From a virus (taxonomy: Duplodnaviria > Caudoviricetes), in IMG/VR virus record IMGVR_UViG_3300027994_000009, positions 1 through 46,743 of that record: a stretch of DNA of 46,743 nucleotides. One strand, given 5' to 3'. Below, one piece after another: positions 18,851 to 26,552 of the stretch; within the stretch, counting starts at the first letter, position 1; each line of letters begins with the position of its first letter. The notes under the pieces were generated by a model, which was not told the DNA's origin, did not search any database, and was given only the letters and a program-made list of their open reading frames with translations. The translations under genes and the position numbers were made by a program.

Positions 18851-19047
18851 ACTTGTTTCAATGTCTGTACTTGGCTGTTAACCTGTGCTTTGATGTAATC
18901 GTTCACATTGGTCATAGCGATACCGCCACCAATAAATGCTCCGACAACTGTTGCAAGCCAAACGACTGCGATAATGAGTGTCTTTACTTTAATGGTACGT
19001 GCGATCTTCTCTTGTTCTACAAATGTTTCTAGTTTCTTGTTCTTCAC
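18832..19047 (-). CDS. Single-pass membrane protein (71 aa); N-terminal part of frameshift fusion
   Basis: GTG at 19047 after GAAAG; TM segment LIIAVVWLATVVGAFIGGGIAM. Confidence 0.7.
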   Translation of the reverse strand: MKNKKLETFVEQEKIARTIKVKTLIIAVVWLATVVGAFIGGGIAMTNVNDYIKAQVNSQVQTLKQVSKQAQ

Positions 19048-19066
19048 TTTTTTCTTTCTATTTTGT

Positions 19067-19223
19067 ATTAAGCGTACGGACTTCCCCAGCACCGTGTCCC
19101 TAACCGCCTGTCCGCAGAGCGAACTCCGTCGGATGCCTGATAGTTTGTGCCAGCGGTCTTCCTTAGCCAAGTCGCGTACTTGGGAACGGTCAGCTGTTTG
19201 CCAGGGGAATCTGTACGCTTAAT
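19067..19223 (-). ncRNA. Stem-enclosed RNA, unit 8
   Basis: 11-bp perfect ends plus TTCCCC/GGGGAA; internal CCAAGT/ACTTGG and GAG-TTCG-CTC; boxA-like motif at 19224-19234. Confidence 0.7.
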
Positions 19224-19234
19224 TGTTAATGTGT

Positions 19235-19382
19235 ATTCGACTGTATGGTGCTAGTAGCAAGATGTTTGACCCGTTAATTAATCGGGCTTTAGAGTCCTTA
19301 GACTCACTGGATTTAACTTAGTATAACCAGTTCCTTGTCGTCATACCTGTCTTGCTTACTACCAGCACTACTACAGTCGAAT
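19235..19382 (-). ncRNA. Stem-enclosed RNA, unit 9
   Basis: 11-bp perfect ends, further 12-bp helix, three internal hairpins; boxA-like motif at 19389-19399. Confidence 0.7.
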
Positions 19383-19493
19383 CTTGTTTGTTAAATTGTT
19401 GAACCTTGATTTGCCCTATTTCGTTAGCTTATGGGCTGGTGCATTTTTCCCGATCTTGGTTCTTCGTTGTATGGCCTTTCGGGTCATATATTA

Positions 19494-19522
19494 ATACTAG
19501 CACAACTTTCGCTTACCGTCAA
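19494..19522 (-). promoter_or_regulatory. Sigma70 promoter driving the RNA array, with operator at 19505-19519
   Basis: TTGACG-17-TAGTAT with extended -10 TG. Confidence 0.7.
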
Positions 19523-19532
19523 TACATAAACG

Positions 19533-19970
19533 TTATGAAATGTCTTTTAGTGCCTGTCTCCAGATAAGAACTTCTAACTTTCTGTCTTTTTTCTTGTAGG
19601 TATTTGACTGGATTATAAGCTGGTCTACCATAGGTTGCCCTTTTTGCTCTACTTGCCATGCTAAATGTTCTGCGGGCTGACTTGTAAAATACTGATGGCA
19701 TCCATAACACAAAGCGTCGCAATTCATTGGCTCAAAACGTGTACCTTCTTTAGCTCTTCCCATAAAGTGAGAGCACTGGAGGGCGTTTGTGGGAGGCTCA
19801 TAGTGTCTGCCGCACCTTTTACAGTTCCATCCGTCACGAGTCCTTATATACAAGCTAAAGGCCTTATCTGCTGCGTCTATCTTAACCATTGTGTTTCTTC
19901 TTGAAAAACACTTGACCGTCGAAGTACCAACCCGTTGATGTCGTTTGCAGAGGTTTGATACAAATTCCAA
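19533..19970 (-). CDS. NinG/Rap-like endonuclease (likely start MVKIDAAD)
   Basis: FSLYIRTRD..CKRCG..CSHF..TRF...NC..LCYGCH. Confidence 0.75.
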   Translation of the reverse strand: MEFVSNLCKRHQRVGTSTVKCFSRRNTMVKIDAADKAFSLYIRTRDGWNCKRCGRHYEPPTNALQCSHFMGRAKEGTRFEPMNCDALCYGCHQYFTSQPAEHLAWQVEQKGQPMVDQLIIQSNTYKKKDRKLEVLIWRQALKDIS

Positions 19971-20044
19971 ACATAAATGGTGTGAGTTTTGAAGCTCTAC
20001 TATTCAAATCGCAGTATGGACTATTGAGCATACTTTTTGGATAT

Positions 20045-20302
20045 TTACTCCTCATCAGTTTCACCCAGTGATAGCTTCTTTTTATAGTCATCTTTATACT
20101 TCCAGCCTTGCATATAGCTCAATGCAAGTGAACGTTCTTCGTGACGAGCCTTTGATACCTCTTGTTCGACATACACTTCAATAGCTTCGTACAGGTCGGG
20201 TTTGTCATAGTTGAAATCAAAGTACAGTTCTTCGACTATTTTTTCTATAAGTGATTTGGGATCTAGTTTCTTACTGTCTAAGTGGGGGGAGTTAGCTTTC
20301 AT
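20045..20302 (-). CDS. Hypothetical protein (85 aa)
   Basis: ATGA-coupled ORF. Confidence 0.5.
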   Translation of the reverse strand: MKANSPHLDSKKLDPKSLIEKIVEELYFDFNYDKPDLYEAIEVYVEQEVSKARHEERSLALSYMQGWKYKDDYKKKLSLGETDEE

Positions 20303-20658
20303 TTGTTCCTCACAATTAGGTTAATATCTCCGAGCCTAGTATCTTGTACGTCATCGATTGCAATAATTCTGTATTTCTTTGCTATATTTTCGTGGTCAAG
20401 TTTGGAAGCAAATGTAATCTTATCCACCAATCCTGGGAGTAACCGATTAACTATAGTTCTTGCATAGTCAGCACCGCCGCCAGACCATACTACAATCTTA
20501 ACGTTTTTCCATTTCTGATTTACAAACATAGCCAGCATGGTACGCATTGTATCGTATGTCTTCTCCTCATCAATCAATGTACCGTCTACATCAAAACATA
20601 CGGCTACTTTTTCCATACCGTCCCCAAAAGGAAGTCCTAAATCCTTATTAATGCCCAT
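20299..20658 (-). CDS. Minimal HAD-superfamily hydrolase (119 aa)
   Basis: FDVDGTL, VWSGGG, K and IDD motifs. Confidence 0.75.
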   Translation of the reverse strand: MGINKDLGLPFGDGMEKVAVCFDVDGTLIDEEKTYDTMRTMLAMFVNQKWKNVKIVVWSGGGADYARTIVNRLLPGLVDKITFASKLDHENIAKKYRIIAIDDVQDTRLGDINLIVRNK

Positions 20659-20681
20659 TCTTGCTCTCCTTATACTTGTAG

Positions 20682-21152
20682 TTAGACATCTCGTGTCTCT
20701 TTTAATATCTGGCTAGTAAACTCTAGTAGCCTACTATCCCCTGTCTCTAAATCAGCAGCTAGTGACCTTATCTTTTCTAGATTGTCTATTTTCTTCGCGT
20801 CTAGAACCTCTCTTTTAATTCCAACAATAGACCTCTTTATGTGTGTCGCAACTTTAATATTGACATTTAAATGGTATTGGAGAGACAGGATGGACGTATC
20901 TGGTTCTACTGTCAGGAGGTAAAATGCAACAAGCCACTTTGAAACAGGAGTCTTTGACTTGTTAAAAACTGTCCCACCAAGAGGCGCTATGTGATATCCA
21001 CAATCATTACAAGCATAAGATGCTCTTCCTCGTATCGGCGAGAATCTAGCTGGGTTACTGCACTTCGGACATACTCTTGACTCTCCTTTCCCAAGCTTCA
21101 CCGATAGGAGAATATCTAAAATCCCTTGCTCACTGTATGATGAGTTATTCAC
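20682..21152 (-). CDS. Zinc-ribbon/HTH protein resembling IS1595 transposase N-terminus, no DDE domain
   Basis: CPKC...YACNDC...GTVFNKSKTPVSKW..AFYL. Confidence 0.65.
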   Translation of the reverse strand: MNNSSYSEQGILDILLSVKLGKGESRVCPKCSNPARFSPIRGRASYACNDCGYHIAPLGGTVFNKSKTPVSKWLVAFYLLTVEPDTSILSLQYHLNVNIKVATHIKRSIVGIKREVLDAKKIDNLEKIRSLAADLETGDSRLLEFTSQILKETRDV

Positions 21153-21904
21153 TACTCATCCCTACTGAGATATTCAATATCTCCAAAATATTCCCTGGTC
21201 TCTTTTGATCTACCAAAGTTATATAACTTATTAAACGCCTTGAAGTATTCAATTTCAGTGCTATAGCTTTTCACTATATCCAGTCCACGCGCACTCATCA
21301 GTGATAAGAACCTGTCATGGTCATACCTTTGGTCAGTTGCAAACTTAAGAAAAGCTAGTGCAAATGATTTCTTAGTATAGTCATCGTGATAATACCCTAC
21401 ATCTCTTAGCTTACTCAGTAGGTCGACAGACCTGTCTTTGTCTGGTATCAAAAGAGCGCCATTTTTGAAAATCTTTGTTGAAATAGGTTGATATAGCGAT
21501 AGATACTCTACGAGAATAGAGTGGCTATTACAAACACCCAGACTTCGCATATCAAGGTATGTCTTATAGTTTTCATTTCCAAACTCTGCAAATGACTTTG
21601 CATAGTCCATGAAGTTCCATTGCTTACTGTTAGAGTTGAGCCTCTGAGTGTCTAGGATTGTGAGGTTTGGAGCTTTGATGAAATATACTGGGAGCTTAAG
21701 CTCTTCTAAGGCTTTGAGGCGATGCTGTCCATCGATGACCTCCATCTGATCGTTTACCAAAATTGGGTTAAACTTAATACCTTCTGGGTTTTGCTGGATA
21801 GACCTCTTAAGCGCATTGACGTGGGAGCGGTTAACGTCCCTGTTTCCAGTCAGTCTCTTAAATTTCTTGTACACGTTCGTAGATAAGTATTTCTGAGTAC
21901 TCAT
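21152..21904 (-). CDS. ParB/Srx-like domain protein (250 aa)
   Basis: NRDVN..HV..L..SI, PILVN, IDGQHRL. Confidence 0.75.
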   Translation of the reverse strand: MSTQKYLSTNVYKKFKRLTGNRDVNRSHVNALKRSIQQNPEGIKFNPILVNDQMEVIDGQHRLKALEELKLPVYFIKAPNLTILDTQRLNSNSKQWNFMDYAKSFAEFGNENYKTYLDMRSLGVCNSHSILVEYLSLYQPISTKIFKNGALLIPDKDRSVDLLSKLRDVGYYHDDYTKKSFALAFLKFATDQRYDHDRFLSLMSARGLDIVKSYSTEIEYFKAFNKLYNFGRSKETREYFGDIEYLSRDE

Positions 21905-22076
21905 TATTCTTCCTCCAGCTGAGATTCAGGAAATCCACCCCAGTCGTCACCGAAGTCTACTATATACGGTGCGTATGCGTCTTTAGGATGAATCCAAGCA
22001 ATGACACCATGTTTCACTTCTTTAGTTGTATCAAATGGGCTTACCATTGTTTTGACTTTATCTCCTATCGCAAACA

Positions 22077-22691
22077 TTATTCTTGACTTTCTAGCGCATT
22101 GGCTACATTATGTGCATCTTCTATATTGTCGATCGTCTCTTTACCGATTGCAAACTTGACGAATGCCGTACGGTCTTCTCTATCTTTATACCCTTGGGCT
22201 ACCAGTTCAGCGTTAATATCAATCTTAGCTTTTACAAGCGGATCTCCTACGCCCATGGGTTCTGTTCCTGCTTCTATCTCTTCTGTACGGTTACGGATCT
22301 CTTTTGTGGCTTTAGGTTTTATTTGCTCTCCTGCTGCATCCGCATCTTCATCGGTAATAAGTCCTAGCATTGAACTAAGTGAGTAACGACGTAGGTATGT
22401 AATTGCACTTCCCATTACTTGAAAGTCATTCATACTATTTAGTTTTACGCCCTGTGGGATATCTACAACGCCCTCTAAGGTCTCTCCACTCTCAACATGG
22501 TACAAGATAGTCTTTACGCTATTCCCAGCGAGAGGTTGCGAATAACCAAGTCCGTTCTTACTAAGGAGCGGCTTAATGATGTCATTGATCTTTCCTAGGT
22601 CTGCAAACTTGTAGTTATACCCTTTTGCGTTTTTATAAATGTTCGGTACTTCTTGCTGGAATGCTGCAAGTGCTTTGTATAGGTTTTTCAT
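22077..22691 (-). CDS. erf: ERF-family single-strand annealing protein
   Basis: GYNYKFADL, GSAITYLRRYSL..MLGL..DEDAD. Confidence 0.88.
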   Translation of the reverse strand: MKNLYKALAAFQQEVPNIYKNAKGYNYKFADLGKINDIIKPLLSKNGLGYSQPLAGNSVKTILYHVESGETLEGVVDIPQGVKLNSMNDFQVMGSAITYLRRYSLSSMLGLITDEDADAAGEQIKPKATKEIRNRTEEIEAGTEPMGVGDPLVKAKIDINAELVAQGYKDREDRTAFVKFAIGKETIDNIEDAHNVANALESQE

Positions 22692-22824
22692 TGTATATTT
22701 TCTCCTACAATTGAGGGTATTACACCGTACAACAGTGCGTGTTTCTGGTTAACGTCTAACTCGACTTGATATTCCTCTATCCATTTAAGGATAAAGGTTT
22801 CAACGGCCTGTCTTTTTTGTTCTT

Positions 22825-23007
22825 TCATTTTGTTTCCTTCTCTACTGACTCATCTTCGACGCGCATAAAAATCTCCCGTGCTTCCCACATAGCATCCCCG
22901 AACCCCTTGTAATAGTCGTCGGTTACTGCCTTGAGATCCTTGGCTTTACGAATTACATCCGATGCATCTATTGTCTTCTCTTTAAACTTATCGTATTGCT
23001 TACTCAT
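22825..23007 (-). CDS. Hypothetical protein (60 aa)
   Basis: AGGAG RBS. Confidence 0.5.
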   Translation of the reverse strand: MSKQYDKFKEKTIDASDVIRKAKDLKAVTDDYYKGFGDAMWEAREIFMRVEDESVEKETK

Positions 23008-23029
23008 ACCTTCTCCTCTATATAAACCA

Positions 23030-23731
23030 TTACATAAATCTCCACGTCACACGATTGATAACATTCGTCATTGCGGCAAGCTTTATGGGATAGACCTTGA
23101 CGATGTCTTTTGCTTTTAGACCCGCCTTTGCAAACATTCTTATGTCTCGCACGTCTTCCTCGTTGAGTTTTCTTTTTCCGTTGTGGCTACCGTCTCTTTT
23201 TATAAGTCCAGTCTCAAGCGCATGCTGCGTATTCTGCTTGTATGTACACCATTCAAGGTTCAAAACATTTGCATTATGTTTGTCTCCATCTAGATGGTTT
23301 ACGCATGGTAGGTTGTCTGGATTTGGTAGAAACGCCTTAGCAACTAGGCGATGAACGGCATAGTGTTTAAACTTAGCACCACTCTGTATAACTAGGTACT
23401 TATAATCTGTTACTAGTAGTTTTCGTATACGCTCTCTAGTTAATCTCTTATAGTTGTTGCGACAGTTTAAATAACGAGGCATTAGCTTCACCCTACCCAG
23501 GTTAGACACTTGGTGGTTTTCAAGTTCAGCTATGGGCATCCATATTTCTTGACTGTCTTCTGTATATACGTTAGTAGTTATATACGCGTTTAAGTAAAAG
23601 CCATATCCCTTACACATTGGTTCATTGTCATTTCCCAATTGAGTACCAACTAGTGTAGTGTTTTTAGTAACTTTCGGATAAAGAAGTTCGTGAATATATT
23701 TGCCACTTCGTTTATTCATTAGGTGCTTCAT
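23030..23731 (-). CDS. NUMOD4-HNH homing endonuclease
   Basis: EIWMPI..QVSNLGRV; VHRLVA..VNHLDGDK.N..NLEW. Confidence 0.85.
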   Translation of the reverse strand: MKHLMNKRSGKYIHELLYPKVTKNTTLVGTQLGNDNEPMCKGYGFYLNAYITTNVYTEDSQEIWMPIAELENHQVSNLGRVKLMPRYLNCRNNYKRLTRERIRKLLVTDYKYLVIQSGAKFKHYAVHRLVAKAFLPNPDNLPCVNHLDGDKHNANVLNLEWCTYKQNTQHALETGLIKRDGSHNGKRKLNEEDVRDIRMFAKAGLKAKDIVKVYPIKLAAMTNVINRVTWRFM

Positions 23732-23852
23732 TAATTATTCTCCGACGGGTATATCACCCAGTTATAGCCATTTTGGGTATGGAGTTCGTTGTACTGTTGT
23801 ACGTAAGTAACATTAATGCTCATGTGATAACCTTTCTTGTTAATCTGTCTCT

Positions 23853-23881
23853 AGTATAGCACTTTCGCTTACCGTTAGCAA
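23853..23881 (-). promoter_or_regulatory. Leftward early promoter with operator at 23861-23875
   Basis: TTGCTA-17-TATACT. Confidence 0.7.
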
Positions 23882-23889
23882 TAGGTATC

Positions 23890-24020
23890 TGGACTTTTAT
23901 TGCTTTACTTGGTATAGTGACTGTATCTGGGAGATCTCTTATTGCATAGCGTCCCACCACGTTATGCTGTTGATGACCTTTCACTCCTAGAAAAGAAGAA
24001 GCCCTTTTCGGGCTTTTTTC
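23890..24020 (+). ncRNA. Promoter plus about 95-nt small RNA plus terminator
   Basis: TGGACT-17-TATAGT; two nested stems with G-U on plus strand; loop CCCACC. Confidence 0.55.
23999..24019. terminator. Intrinsic terminator, probably bidirectional
   Basis: AAGCCC-TTTTC-GGGCTT, T-run on the right, A-rich on the left. Confidence 0.7.
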
Positions 24021-24536
24021 TTATTTAAGAAATATCTCCTCATAGCCAATGCGTGCGGACAGTGCCTCTTCGATGGTTGTGTAGTTGCCTATATTATATC
24101 TCTTTCCGCTTAACACTATCCTTGTTTGGTAAAAACCATACTTTGTCAGGGATATGTTGTAGTTAGTACCAGTACTTTTACGGACGTTGATCTTCGGGAA
24201 AGCTAAGCGTGACTGAATATATCGTACGGGCTTCTTGTTCGGTCTACGCTGGTTGTTTGCCTGCTGCTTTGCCGTAGCCCAACGACAATTACCTGGTTCA
24301 TAGTTACCGTCGTTATCAATACGGTCAATACTAAGACTCGGATTTGGTTTCGTGCCCATATCGTCTATAAAATTTTCAAAACTGTTACGCCATCTATCAC
24401 AGATAGTAATACCCCTTGCTCCGTAGAGGTGGTACTTAGAGTGACTGGGCGTATAACACCTTTCTTTCATGTGTAACCACGCCATATACTCCGTTGTCTT
24501 GCGTCCGTCTGGGCGTTTTCTGTTATACTTATCCAT
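24021..24536 (-). CDS. HNH-like endonuclease with C-terminal AP2 domain
   Basis: W..MKERC, YGARGI, SIDRIDNDGNYEPGNCRWAT; IGNYTTIEEA. Confidence 0.8.
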   Translation of the reverse strand: MDKYNRKRPDGRKTTEYMAWLHMKERCYTPSHSKYHLYGARGITICDRWRNSFENFIDDMGTKPNPSLSIDRIDNDGNYEPGNCRWATAKQQANNQRRPNKKPVRYIQSRLAFPKINVRKSTGTNYNISLTKYGFYQTRIVLSGKRYNIGNYTTIEEALSARIGYEEIFLK

Positions 24537-24786
24537 AGTAGTTCCTTGTTTACCTTTAGTCGGGTCAAGGGGCTGCTTTTAATTACAGCCTCTTGTAGAT
24601 AATTATACCATTGCATTAAGCTTATGTTAGGTTTATTATTTCCTTATTAGCAATGTACTACGGTATAGCTACGTTCTTTCAGGTTGGCACACTCTACAAT
24701 GCAAATCAGGATACACACCTTTTTGTCGCTTTTTTCATATTCATAGCTTCGATAGTGCCAGCTTCATCGAAGTAAACAAAAACACT

Positions 24787-24824
24787 AAATAGCAGCCCCT
24801 CCTAATGTAATGGCTGCTATTTTT
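24787..24824 (+). terminator. Intrinsic terminator
   Basis: 11-bp AAATAGCAGCC/GGCTGCTATTT plus T-run. Confidence 0.55.
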
Positions 24825-24897
24825 ATGGTATACTAAAGCCTCGGACTAACCGAGTACCTGTCGCCAGCCTTAGTGTATTTTGAGCTGAGCCGTAATT

Positions 24898-24929
24898 ATA
24901 GACCTTACCGCACTTGGGGGTCTATTTTT
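24898..24929 (+). terminator. Intrinsic terminator
   Basis: ATAGACCTT/GGGGTCTAT plus T-run. Confidence 0.55.
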
Positions 24930-24937
24930 ATTTCTTC

Positions 24938-24966
24938 TTGCTCGAATAATGCTTATGCGGTATGAT
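24938..24966 (+). promoter_or_regulatory. Rightward promoter for replication gene
   Basis: TTGCTC-17-TATGAT. Confidence 0.55.
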
Positions 24967-25100
24967 AGAAGAAGTATCACTCGTATTGCAACCTGTGACT
25001 ACTACATAACAAAGTTAGTGATTGCGGGTGTATTCCGTTCGTGCTATTATTAATTTAGCAATACGAGTTTGGCCCCAATCGAAAGAGAGGGGTCTTCTTT

Positions 25101-25559
25101 ATGGAGAAAGAACCAAGTTACTATGCTGTCATACCAGCCAGAGTCAGATATTCAAAAGCTCTAACAGCGAATGCAAAGCTATTATATGGAGAAGTGACAG
25201 CACTCTGTAGTGATAAGGGCTATTGTTGGGCGTCAAATAGGTACCTCGCAGACCTATACGACGTGTCGGAGAAACAAGTTAGTCTGTGGGTGAAGCAGCT
25301 CGTCGAAGCTAACTTTATAGAAATGTCACTAACTAAGAGCAAAGATGGCACTTTACGAAAACTGTATATTTTGGAAGAAAAGGTAATACGGGCATTACAA
25401 AAAGGTAAAGTGGCTAACAGAGGCAGCACCCCACCAAAAGGTAATACAAGTATTACACCTATTAATACAAAGAGTAGAGATTTTGTTATTTCTGGATATA
25501 AAACACCCGCTCAACTCGGTATGCCAGACCTAGGTGGTTATAAAGATGTTCGAGAATAA
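25101..25559 (+). CDS. Phage replication initiator-like HTH protein (152 aa)
   Basis: YYAVIPA.VRY..L..NAKLLYGE..AL...GYCWASN.YLA. Confidence 0.8.
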   Translation: MEKEPSYYAVIPARVRYSKALTANAKLLYGEVTALCSDKGYCWASNRYLADLYDVSEKQVSLWVKQLVEANFIEMSLTKSKDGTLRKLYILEEKVIRALQKGKVANRGSTPPKGNTSITPINTKSRDFVISGYKTPAQLGMPDLGGYKDVRE

Positions 25560-26103
25560 GGTTGACCTTACCAAGGTTTATGGAGTTAAGAGAGTAGCAT
25601 ACAAACCATCTCCCACTAGTGGAGAAGCTCGAATTGTAAAGACTTTCGATCCTACGACGGCCCGAAAGAAAGCAAAGAAAAAAGCTGAAGAATCTAAAGT
25701 TATCGATGCCAGCAAAACCTGGTATGAGTATCAAGAATTAAGGCAAACAAAACCCTTCAAATACTGGTGGTGGGAACAGAAGGCTAGACAGAGAGGACTT
25801 TGTTATTACTGCCTTAAAGATCTAGACTATGGAGTTATAAACGTGGAACATGTGAAGCCCATGAGTGCTGGCGGGACGAACGACTATAACAACCTTGTAC
25901 TATCCTGCCAACCATGTAATAAAGCAAAAGGTTCAAATGTACTTTCAAAGAGTAAACGTAAACAATTAAAAGCGAGTATGGAAGAAGCTTTAAGAGTAAA
26001 GAAGTTTATAGACGATAATATATATCTTATGACGGACTTTGAGATTGGAGTCTGGGCAAGTATGAGAGAGATGGATAAAAAATTTCGTGATAATGGCGTA
26101 TAA
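25534..26103 (+). CDS. HNH endonuclease
   Basis: CYYC..VEHVKP.S.GG.N...NLVLSC..CN..KG. Confidence 0.85.
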   Translation: MVIKMFENKVDLTKVYGVKRVAYKPSPTSGEARIVKTFDPTTARKKAKKKAEESKVIDASKTWYEYQELRQTKPFKYWWWEQKARQRGLCYYCLKDLDYGVINVEHVKPMSAGGTNDYNNLVLSCQPCNKAKGSNVLSKSKRKQLKASMEEALRVKKFIDDNIYLMTDFEIGVWASMREMDKKFRDNGV

Positions 26104-26131
26104 TAAGCTTATCTTTAAAGGAGATTAAATC

Positions 26132-26305
26132 ATGACAATCATACTAGCTATCGCACTAACACTTGTATTCGCCTACTCACAAATGCATTACGCGTTAACT
26201 ACATTCTGGAGCAACGTAGCGGGGCGTATTGCCGTATCAGCAGTATTTGCGGTGCTCGTCTCAATATTCGTAGGTGTGTTCACTGCAGGGGCTTTAAATG
26301 CCTAA
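26132..26305 (+). CDS. Small two-helix membrane protein (57 aa, not in ORF track)
   Basis: AAGGAG RBS; MTIILAIALTLVFAYS... Confidence 0.6.
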   Translation: MTIILAIALTLVFAYSQMHYALTTFWSNVAGRIAVSAVFAVLVSIFVGVFTAGALNA

Positions 26306-26330
26306 TACCATAGAATACGGAGCAGCGTAA

Positions 26331-26486
26331 ATGAGTATACCTACTATTCTACTCATAATCTTAGCTATATGGCTATTTGGAGCGTCACTATTAAAGGTAG
26401 CGTTCTGGATCATATGTGTTGTAGGAGCCGTGCTTCTTATTAGTGCAGCATTAACTTACTTCCGAGATAAGAAACAGTTAAAATAA
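26331..26486 (+). CDS. Small membrane protein (51 aa, not in ORF track)
   Basis: GGAG RBS; MSIPTILLIILAIWLFG..., basic tail. Confidence 0.55.
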   Translation: MSIPTILLIILAIWLFGASLLKVAFWIICVVGAVLLISAALTYFRDKKQLK

Positions 26487-26519
26487 GAGTTGGCTTCGGC
26501 CTACCGCTTGTGGACATTA

Positions 26520-26552
26520 AAAAGGACTCCTCAACCAATTAGGAGTCCTTTT
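26520..26552. terminator. Bidirectional terminator between convergent blocks
   Basis: Perfect 12-bp AAAAGGACTCCT/AGGAGTCCTTTT. Confidence 0.8.

Noticed and set aside
19048-19170. TTG-start extension giving the 112-aa ORF
   Set aside because: Runs through structured unit 8; GTG at 19047 is the more plausible start
17091-19400. CRISPR or other repeat-spacer array
   Set aside because: No recurring direct repeat or fixed period, and no cas-like gene
26512-26522. boxA-like GGACATTAAAA on plus strand
   Set aside because: Overlaps the terminator A-tract and may be chance
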